64,000 nucleotides of DNA from positions 5,048-69,047 of the forward strand of contig JBDWVP010000055.1 of assembly GCA_039983935.1 (NCBI GenBank), in the 5' to 3' direction. The notes beneath the pieces are model-generated. The model was given only the letters and a program-made list of their open reading frames with translations, ran no database searches and was not told where the DNA came from. How positions within the stretch are numbered: position 1 is the stretch's first letter; each line of letters opens with the position of its first letter. This document shows positions 57,066 through 64,000 of the stretch, piece after piece. The translations under genes and the position numbers were made by a program. Source of the stretch: Roseobacter sp. (GTDB lineage: Bacteria > Pseudomonadota > Alphaproteobacteria > Rhodobacterales > Rhodobacteraceae).

Positions 57066-57707
57066 TTAAGATCTCAGAGATAACCCAGCGTGATGAATAC
57101 ATCCGAGAAGCAAGATACTTACCCCGACAAGTTCCAATCCCTCCTCGACAAGAACTTGTGGGGGAGAACTCATGCCACCAAGGAAACCATAATATCCCAA
57201 TACTTCGGCGATAACACCGCCTGATATTAAAACTGCAAATCCAGCGCCAACGAGTGCCGCAGACTTAATGTCGGCTTTCGCAGCGATAAAAATGGAACGG
57301 TACAATGCAAGAAATAATATTGCGAACAGGGTTAAATAGACAAAAACCCATGCCCCATTTGTTCCACGAAACATTGGCAAGCCAATGCCATTTGCCTTGT
57401 TCCAACTCGTGATCCGCTCATGCAACATCAGGATCTCATCAGCCGATAAGAAAGCAAGGCCGATAGCCAAAACCAAATACAGTGTAATCCCTACTGCCAT
57501 ACGCTCAGGTGCGAATAATGGTACAATTGCCACGGCTGCCGCAGCCAGGAAAAGTTTTGCACCACCCCACCAAGCACCGAAATTCCCTTCGCCATCGAGG
57601 GATAAAAGGCCCGGCCATGATCCTAAGAAAACGTGTACGACGTAAAGGGCCACCAAGGCCAAATCAATTGCAATCAGAATTGTCGTCAATCGAGCCAAGG
57701 GTACCAT
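57066..57707 (-). CDS. Hypothetical integral membrane protein (~6 TM)
   Basis: Six hydrophobic segments. No family motif was recognised. Confidence 0.55.
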   Translation of the reverse strand: MVPLARLTTILIAIDLALVALYVVHVFLGSWPGLLSLDGEGNFGAWWGGAKLFLAAAAVAIVPLFAPERMAVGITLYLVLAIGLAFLSADEILMLHERITSWNKANGIGLPMFRGTNGAWVFVYLTLFAILFLALYRSIFIAAKADIKSAALVGAGFAVLISGGVIAEVLGYYGFLGGMSSPPQVLVEEGLELVGVSILLLGCIHHAGLSLRS

Positions 57708-57865
57708 TAAATACTTAACCTATTCATTAAATTAATTTTTTCGCTTTATTTCAAAGGATTTTCAGCCAATTTCCAATCCGACCTTGCCAGAACCAGTGTC
57801 TATTTCGCCCGCCCTGCCGACTTTAGGAGCAGCTTCAAAGGCAGATGCTCAAGCCATCCTTGGAG

Positions 57866-58849
57866 TTACCGGTCGTAGTGACCGTTTTGATGCCATTGCC
57901 AAGCATCGCCAATCATCTGGCGCATTGTTGAGCGTGTCGGTGTCCAACCCAGTTCCGCTTCGGCTCGGGTAGAGCCCGAGACCAACCGTGTGCAATCCCC
58001 AGCGCGACGTTCGCCTTCCTCGAAAGGAACAGCACGGTTGGTAACCTCGCGCGAAGCATCGATGACTTCGCGCACAGAAAACCCAGATCCGGTTCCCAGG
58101 TTAAAGATATGGCTGTCTTTGCCGCTGTTCAGCCACTGCAAACCAAGCACATGCGCATCCACCAGATCACACACATGCACATAGTCGCGAATACATGTTC
58201 CGTCCGGCGTCTCGTAATCTGTACCATAGATTGTCAATGCAGGTCGCTGCCCGTCAATCGCCTGCAACATCAGCGGGACCAGATGTGTTTCGGGTTGGTG
58301 GAATTCACCCACCTCAGCATCAGGATCAGCGCCCGCCACGTTGAAATAGCGGAAAATCACGTGACGCAGCCCATGTGCGGCCTGAAACTGGATCAACATT
58401 TCCTCGATCGCGCGTTTGGACGCCCCATAGGCATTGATCGGTTCTTGCACGCAATTCTCGTCAAGCGTGACCCCATCCTGTTCGCCATAGGTCGCACAGG
58501 TCGAGGAGAACACGAAATTCGGGCACCCTGCGGCCACAGCCGCTTCGATCAGATTCAGGCTGCCCATGACATTCACCCGCCAATACCGCCCGGGATCAGA
58601 CATGGATTCACCCACCTGACTGAGCGCTGCGAAATGCATCACAGCTGCAGGTTTATGTTTCGCAAACACCTCATCCAGCCGGGCACGATCCAGCAGGTCG
58701 CCTTCTTCAAAGGGGCCAAATTTGACCGCATCTCGCCACCCGGTATCGAGATTATCAAAGGTAACAGGTGTAAATCCAGCGGCGGCAAGCGCCTTGCAGG
58801 CGTGGCTTCCAATGTAGCCTGCGCCGCCAGTGACAAGAATCTTAGTCAT
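57866..58849 (-). CDS. galE: UDP-glucose 4-epimerase
   Basis: 'MTKILVTGGAGYIGSH', 'SSTCATYG' and 'YGASKRAIE'. ATG at 58849 lies 6 nt after 'GAGG'. Confidence 0.9.
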   Translation of the reverse strand: MTKILVTGGAGYIGSHACKALAAAGFTPVTFDNLDTGWRDAVKFGPFEEGDLLDRARLDEVFAKHKPAAVMHFAALSQVGESMSDPGRYWRVNVMGSLNLIEAAVAAGCPNFVFSSTCATYGEQDGVTLDENCVQEPINAYGASKRAIEEMLIQFQAAHGLRHVIFRYFNVAGADPDAEVGEFHQPETHLVPLMLQAIDGQRPALTIYGTDYETPDGTCIRDYVHVCDLVDAHVLGLQWLNSGKDSHIFNLGTGSGFSVREVIDASREVTNRAVPFEEGERRAGDCTRLVSGSTRAEAELGWTPTRSTMRQMIGDAWQWHQNGHYDR

Positions 58850-58874
58850 GTTTTGCCTCAATGAACTGCGTTTT

Positions 58875-59768
58875 TTATTCGGCCGCTTTTCCGAGGTTCA
58901 ACACGTTTTGAAGGTAGCTGTAAAGGTCTTCGCGCAGTTCTTCACGTTCCAGACCAAAGGCCACTGTGGCCTGCAGGAAGCCCGATTTCGAACCACAATC
59001 ATAGCGCTGACCTCGGAACCGGAAACCATGCACGCCGTCAAGCGTCCCAATTTCTGCGGCAATCGCATCGGTGAGCTGAATTTCACCACCCGCGCCTGCT
59101 TCCATGTCGGTCAGACGATCCAGAACAGTTGGCGACAGGATATAGCGTCCAATCACGGCAAGGTTCGATGGGGCTGTGCCAGCTGCGGGTTTTTCGACCA
59201 TGCCACGGACGCGCATGATGCTGCCACGGTCCTGAGACACATCAAGCACACCATAAGAAGACGTCTTGTCAGCAGACACTTCCATCGCAGCAACCATGCT
59301 GCCGCCAGTTTCGGCATAGGCCTCAACCATCTGCTGCAGACAGGGTTTTTCGGCCGCAATCACGTCGTCGGGCAAAATGACCGCAAAAGGTTCATCACCG
59401 ATCAGGCGACGCGCGCACCAGACCGCATGTCCTAACCCCAACGCACGATGCTGGCGAATATACGCGATTGCGCCGCTGTCCATGTTGGTGCCTTGCAGGG
59501 TCTCTAACAGAGCTGTTTTACCCTTGGCCTCTAACTCAGCCTCAAGCTGAGGGGCGCAGTCAAAGTAATCTTCCAAGGCCCCTTTGCCACGAGAGGTCAC
59601 AAAAATGAATTCTTCGATCCCGGCAGCGCGCGCTTCATCAATAGCGTATTGAATGAGTGGCCGGTCGACCAGCGTCATAATCTCTTTTGGCACCGATTTT
59701 GTTGCGGGTAAAAACCGTGTGCCAAGGCCGGCAACTGGAAAAATAGCTTTGGTAACACGTCTGTTCAT
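58875..59768 (-). CDS. galU: UTP--glucose-1-phosphate uridylyltransferase
   Basis: 'KAIFPVAGLGTRFLPATKSVPKEIMTLVDRPLIQY' and 'VEKP'. Confidence 0.9.
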   Translation of the reverse strand: MNRRVTKAIFPVAGLGTRFLPATKSVPKEIMTLVDRPLIQYAIDEARAAGIEEFIFVTSRGKGALEDYFDCAPQLEAELEAKGKTALLETLQGTNMDSGAIAYIRQHRALGLGHAVWCARRLIGDEPFAVILPDDVIAAEKPCLQQMVEAYAETGGSMVAAMEVSADKTSSYGVLDVSQDRGSIMRVRGMVEKPAAGTAPSNLAVIGRYILSPTVLDRLTDMEAGAGGEIQLTDAIAAEIGTLDGVHGFRFRGQRYDCGSKSGFLQATVAFGLEREELREDLYSYLQNVLNLGKAAE

Positions 59769-60008
59769 CTGAAATCCCCTACTCGTAAAAACGCGAAAAA
59801 GTTAAAGCTGGTACTGGACCATTAACACAGAGTTTATCTCTTTGCAGTGCCTATCGAGAATATTCGTTAAAAAGTCATATCTTGATGCGTATCGTGCTGA
59901 AATAAACACCCTTTTTAGTAGAAAAAGATCGGATTGTAGCGGACACCTTGCCCGATGGCCCGCCGAACATCATAGAGTGAGGCAGTAAAATATTTCGAGG
60001 ATGTGCTC

Positions 60009-61391
60009 ATGGCGCCTAAATTTGGCACAAGCGGACTGCGTGGTCTGGTTTCTGATCTGACCGGGGATTTGATCGCGGCTCATACTCAGGCCTTTCTGGC
60101 GGCCTGCACCACAGGGGGCAAAATCTGCATTGGTCGCGATCTGCGCCCATCGTCACCCCGAATAGCTGCGGATGTGGCCCGCGCCGCGCAAAAAGCCGGA
60201 GTTGATGTGATCGACTGCGGAGCCGTTGCCACACCCGCTCTTGCCCTTGCAGCCGGTCAGGTTGGCGCGGGAGCTGTGATGATCACTGGCAGCCATATTC
60301 CTGCGGATCGCAATGGGCTGAAATTCTACGTTCAAGGGGGCGGCGAAATCACCAAGGCGGACGAAGAAGCAATTCTGGCGCATTTGGGTCAACCGCCTGC
60401 CTCTGTCGATGTCAGTGGCTCAATGACACAAGACACGGGCGTCAGTGCGCGTTTCGTGGCCCGTTATGAGCAGGCTTTTGGCTCAAATGCGCTGAGCAGA
60501 CACCGCATTGGCGTCTACGAACACAGCGCTGTGGGGCGGGATACCCTACAACAGATATTGGCCGCTCTTGGGGCAGAGGTCATTCCGTTGGGCCGGGCCG
60601 CGCATTTCATTCCTGTGGATACCGAAGCGGTTGATCCGGCCGTGCGGACGCAGGTTGAAAGCTGGGTAGCAGACCATCAACTGGATGCGCTGGTTTCAAC
60701 AGATGGCGACAGTGACCGACCGCTGATGGCGGATGAAAACGGATGTATCGTACCGGGGGATATTCTGGGACAGATCAGTGCCGAATATCTGGGCGCACAG
60801 CATGTGGTAACGCCCGTGTCCTCCAATAGCGGGGTGACGGAAAAAGGGTTTCGCCAAGTGCACCGTACCCGGATTGGCTCGCCTTACGTTATTGCTGGCA
60901 TGCAAGGGTGCGACGGCGTCGTCGGATACGAAGCCAATGGTGGCTTTCTATTGGGTTTTGAGGCGTCAGGGCCCGCCGGAACGCTACCGCCTTTGCTGAC
61001 ACGGGATTGCATGTTGCCCTTGGTTGCAACGTTAGTGGCGGCACAAGGACAGACCGTTTCATCCCGCGTTGCGCAGGAACCTGCGATTTTCACACAAGCA
61101 GACCGGCTGCAGGATGTGCCAACAGCGGACAGCCAAGCATTTGTGTTACGGCTTTCTAAGGATGATGACGCGCGCGCTGCGTTTCTGGCCCCTTTGGACG
61201 TGCTGCAAGCAGGGGGCATCGACCTGACGGATGGGCTGCGCATCCCCCTGACGCAAAGCCGGACCCTACACATCCGCCCCTCCGGGAATGCGCCTGAATT
61301 ACGTCTCTATGTCGAAGCAAATGCACCTGAGGCCGCGGCTGATCTTTTATCAGCAGGCCTTGAACAGTTGCGCAAAGCCTTTGAGAGCTGA
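60009..61391 (+). CDS. Phosphomannomutase/phosphoglucomutase (alpha-D-phosphohexomutase family)
   Basis: 'FGTSGLRG', active-site loop 'ITGSHIPADRNGLKF', metal loop 'STDGDSDRP', and 'GYEANGGF'. ATG at 60009 lies 7 nt after 'GAGGA'. Confidence 0.85.
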   Translation: MAPKFGTSGLRGLVSDLTGDLIAAHTQAFLAACTTGGKICIGRDLRPSSPRIAADVARAAQKAGVDVIDCGAVATPALALAAGQVGAGAVMITGSHIPADRNGLKFYVQGGGEITKADEEAILAHLGQPPASVDVSGSMTQDTGVSARFVARYEQAFGSNALSRHRIGVYEHSAVGRDTLQQILAALGAEVIPLGRAAHFIPVDTEAVDPAVRTQVESWVADHQLDALVSTDGDSDRPLMADENGCIVPGDILGQISAEYLGAQHVVTPVSSNSGVTEKGFRQVHRTRIGSPYVIAGMQGCDGVVGYEANGGFLLGFEASGPAGTLPPLLTRDCMLPLVATLVAAQGQTVSSRVAQEPAIFTQADRLQDVPTADSQAFVLRLSKDDDARAAFLAPLDVLQAGGIDLTDGLRIPLTQSRTLHIRPSGNAPELRLYVEANAPEAAADLLSAGLEQLRKAFES

Positions 61392-61409
61392 TGCCCCCTA
61401 ACAGGGGCA
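61392..61409. terminator. Short hairpin between the convergent phosphomannomutase and cysQ genes
   Basis: 'tgcccc-ctaaca-ggggca'. The stem is 6 bp and there is no U-tract. Confidence 0.3.
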
Positions 61410-61432
61410 CCGCCAAATTCATATCGTATGGA

Positions 61433-62230
61433 TTACGTTGACTTTAGCGTCACCGCTGGTGATGTGGCGATAAAGAAGGGATTGGCAAAATCTTCCTTGC
61501 CATATTCCAATGGCGCAAGACCGTCAAAACGAACAACTTTACCCCCGGCACCTGACAGGACTGCATGTCCGGCTGCAGTGTCCCATTCCATGGTGCGCCC
61601 CAAGCGCGGATACAAATCCGCCTCTCCCGTGGCCACAAGACAGAATTTCAACGACGATCCGGCACTGGTCATGTCTTTGACGTCATATTGACTAATGTAG
61701 TCATCTGTCGCCTGATCCCGGTGTGATTTCGACGCCACCACCATCAAGGCGGCATTGTCGCTGTCAGCCACCCGAATAGGGCGCGTTGTGCCAAGGGTGT
61801 CGCGCGCGAATGGGCCGTCTTCTTCGACCGAAGAACCATCCGCAAGGGTCAGGAACATGCGGTCCTTGGCTGGGGCATAAACAACACCACGCGTCGGCAT
61901 CCCTTTTTCCACCAATGCGATATTCACGGTGAAATCACCCCGACGGTGGATGAATTCCTTGGTGCCGTCCAAAGGATCGACAATCAGGAACGTATCGCCA
62001 GACAGCCCGTGGCTGGCTGACTGTTCTTCGGTGACCAGCATCACATCGGGAAAAGCCGCGCGCAGCCCATCAGAGATGATCTTATCCGCGGCCATATCGG
62101 CCGCCGTCACCGGGCTTTCGTCGGCCTTGGCTTGAACACCAAGATCTTCGCGCTGGTAGATTTCCATGATCGCAGCACCAGCATCCAGTGCCAGCGAGCG
62201 CATCACATCAGTTAGTTTTGCGTAATCCAT
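61433..62230 (-). CDS. cysQ: 3'(2'),5'-bisphosphate nucleotidase (PAP phosphatase)
   Basis: 'FLIVDPLDGTKEF' and 'WDTAAGHAVL' are inositol-monophosphatase-fold motifs. Confidence 0.85.
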   Translation of the reverse strand: MDYAKLTDVMRSLALDAGAAIMEIYQREDLGVQAKADESPVTAADMAADKIISDGLRAAFPDVMLVTEEQSASHGLSGDTFLIVDPLDGTKEFIHRRGDFTVNIALVEKGMPTRGVVYAPAKDRMFLTLADGSSVEEDGPFARDTLGTTRPIRVADSDNAALMVVASKSHRDQATDDYISQYDVKDMTSAGSSLKFCLVATGEADLYPRLGRTMEWDTAAGHAVLSGAGGKVVRFDGLAPLEYGKEDFANPFFIATSPAVTLKST

Positions 62231-62244
62231 TACACCAGTCTCCG

Positions 62245-63954
62245 TTATCCGTTGATCAATCCCATAGATTCCAGCTTGAGCAGAACCTGATGGGCACAGT
62301 TATCAACATCAACGTTTTCAGTTTCAACGCTCAGCTCAGGGCTTTCCGGAACATCATAGGGGTCTGAAATACCTGTGAATTCCTTGATCTTTCCTTCGCG
62401 CGCCAGCTTATAAAGACCTTTGCGGTCCCGGCGCTCGCATTCGTCAATCGACGTCGCAACATGCACTTCAACAAAGGCACCAAATGCTTCGACATCTTCA
62501 CGCACAGCGCGGCGGGTTGTGGCGTAAGGCGCGATTGGGGCGCAGATCGCAATGCCGCCGTTTTTGGCAATCTCAGAAGCAACATAGCCGATCCGACGGA
62601 TGTTGAGATCGCGGTGCTCCTTGGAGAAACCCAGCTCGGAAGACAGGTTTTTGCGCACGATATCGCCATCAAGCAGCGTCACGGGACGGCCACCCATTTC
62701 CATTAGTTTAACCATCAAAGCATTTGCGATGGTGGATTTTCCGGAGCCTGAGAACCCGGTGAAGAAAACCGTAAAACCCTGCTGGTTGCGTGGTGGGCGT
62801 GTGCGGCGCAGCTCGGTGACCACTTCGGGGAAAGAGAACCATTCGGGAATTTCCAGACCCTCTTGCAGACGACGGCGCAATTCGGTGCCCGAGATATTGA
62901 GGATGGTGACGTCATCCTTGTCTTTAATCTCGTCCATCGGTTCGTATTGCGCGCGATCTTCGACCCAAACCATATGTTTGAAGTCGACCATTTCGATGCC
63001 CATTTCTTCTTCGTGGGCCCGGAAAAGATCCTGCGCATCATAAGCGCCGTAGAAATCTTCGCCGGCAGAATTTTTGCCAGGGCCTGCGTGGTCGCGACCA
63101 ACGATGAAATGTGTGCAGCCGTGGTTTTTACGGATCAGCCCGTGCCAGACTGCTTCGCGGGGGCCTGCCATACGCATCGCTAAGTTGAGCAGGCTCATGG
63201 ATGTTGTCGCTGCTGGGTATTTATCCAACACCGCCTCGTAACAACGCACGCGGGTAAAGTGATCTACATCGCCGGGCTTCGTCATGCCAACAATTGGGTG
63301 AATAAGCAGGTTTGCCTGTGCTTCACGTGCCGCGCGGAAGGTGAGTTCCTGGTGTGCACGGTGCAGCGGGTTGCGGGTTTGGAAGGCCACAACCTTGCGC
63401 CAGCCCAGTTTGCGGAAATAGGCGCGCAATTCGTTAGGCGTGTCACGGCGCGCGCGGAAATCATAATGCACAGGCTGCTGAATGCCGGTGATTGGTCCGC
63501 CAAGATAAATTTTACCGGCTTCATTGTGCAGGTAGTTCACGGCCGGGTGGGCCAGATCGTCGGCACCAAAGATTTTTTCCGCTTCGCGTGCCTTATCCGG
63601 CGCCCAGCGATCGGTCACTGTCATGGTGGCCAAAATTACACCTTCTTGGTCGCGCAGGGCGATGTCTTGCCCAACCTCGAGGCTTTCGGCGAATTTTTCG
63701 GACACATCGAGCGTAATTGGCATTGGCCAAAGCGCGCCGTCGGTCAGGCGCATATTCTCTACAACGCCATCATAATCGGCTTCGGAGAGGAAACCTTTGA
63801 GCGGGTTAAACCCACCATTCATCAACAGCTCCAGATCACAGATCTGACGAGGGGTAAGATCGTGGGAGACGAGCTCACCCGCTTCTACCTTTAATTTTTG
63901 AGCACTCTCGTAAGAGACGTAAAGTTCGGGGATCGGGGCAAGGTTATTCAACAT
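62245..63954 (-). CDS. Bifunctional sulfate adenylyltransferase (Sat-type ATP sulfurylase) / adenylylsulfate kinase
   Basis: ATP sulfurylase motifs 'FQTRNPLHRAHQEL' and 'HGCTHFIVGRDHAGPG'. The C-terminal APS kinase has the P-loop 'FTGFSGSGKSTIA'. Confidence 0.9.
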   Translation of the reverse strand: MLNNLAPIPELYVSYESAQKLKVEAGELVSHDLTPRQICDLELLMNGGFNPLKGFLSEADYDGVVENMRLTDGALWPMPITLDVSEKFAESLEVGQDIALRDQEGVILATMTVTDRWAPDKAREAEKIFGADDLAHPAVNYLHNEAGKIYLGGPITGIQQPVHYDFRARRDTPNELRAYFRKLGWRKVVAFQTRNPLHRAHQELTFRAAREAQANLLIHPIVGMTKPGDVDHFTRVRCYEAVLDKYPAATTSMSLLNLAMRMAGPREAVWHGLIRKNHGCTHFIVGRDHAGPGKNSAGEDFYGAYDAQDLFRAHEEEMGIEMVDFKHMVWVEDRAQYEPMDEIKDKDDVTILNISGTELRRRLQEGLEIPEWFSFPEVVTELRRTRPPRNQQGFTVFFTGFSGSGKSTIANALMVKLMEMGGRPVTLLDGDIVRKNLSSELGFSKEHRDLNIRRIGYVASEIAKNGGIAICAPIAPYATTRRAVREDVEAFGAFVEVHVATSIDECERRDRKGLYKLAREGKIKEFTGISDPYDVPESPELSVETENVDVDNCAHQVLLKLESMGLING

Positions 63955-64000
63955 ATTAAAGCGCTTTCTTCACAACTCAGCATCAGGCGGGAGGACCCAG

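Noticed and set aside
57066-57707. The 213-aa 6-TM protein as the missing exosortase or Wzy polymerase
   Set aside because: It is too short and has too few TM segments for either family, and I could not find the conserved Cys/Arg/His exosortase pattern. It stays hypothetical.
58109-59435. Two long plus-strand ORFs (251 aa and 201 aa) opposite galE and galU
   Set aside because: The minus-strand genes have unmistakable GalE and GalU motifs. The antisense ORFs have no recognisable motifs and a His/Arg/Cys-rich composition.
63259-63894. 211-aa plus-strand ORF opposite the ATP sulfurylase domain. Similar antisense ORFs occur at 48574-49221, 50266-50853, 9968-10612, 1751-2350 and 41078-41665
   Set aside because: All are embedded antisense to CDSs with strong family signatures, so I treated them as frame-shadow ORFs.

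Overview
This gene-dense 64-kb stretch reads like most of a low-copy RepA-type plasmid or chromid from a Rhodobacteraceae-like marine alphaproteobacterium. That placement is an inference from content: parAB lies divergent from a 'replication initiator protein A' gene with 22-bp iterons, there is an rmlCBDA rhamnose operon, and surface-polysaccharide genes fill most of the window. Left end: a 5'-truncated orphan hybrid cluster with a type I PKS (KS-AT-KR-DH-T-TE), a GT2, an NRPS (formyltransferase, adenylation domain with a luciferase-like monooxygenase insert, PCP) and an Sfp/EntD-type PPTase. 13.6-25.7 kb and 39.3-42.7 kb: a Wzx-type flippase, nucleotide-sugar enzymes, a sulfotransferase, and a PEP-CTERM-locus-style EPS export set (ExeA-like ATPase, chain-length determinant, P-loop partner, small Wza-like exporter, OM barrel, TPR lipoprotein, priming sugar transferase). 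26.0-29.5 kb: a 1165-aa beta-helix/RTX secreted protein. 29.6-33.6 kb: the replication/partition module. 33.7-53.1 kb: glycosyltransferases, a DegT aminotransferase, rmlCBDA, a degraded SDR, an MFS transporter and a Gfo/Idh/MocA operon. 53.1-55.8 kb holds the most unusual locus: a minimal rhomboid protease divergently paired with a tandemly duplicated gene for secreted proteins that carry VPLPA/PEP-CTERM-type C-terminal sorting tails, with no exosortase anywhere in the window. Right end: GT2, galE, galU, phosphomannomutase, cysQ and a fused ATP sulfurylase/APS kinase (PAPS supply). I recognised no rRNA, tRNA, CRISPR, IS/transposase, integrase, conjugation or toxin-antitoxin genes. All functional calls come from motif-level reading of the translations; no database search was possible.
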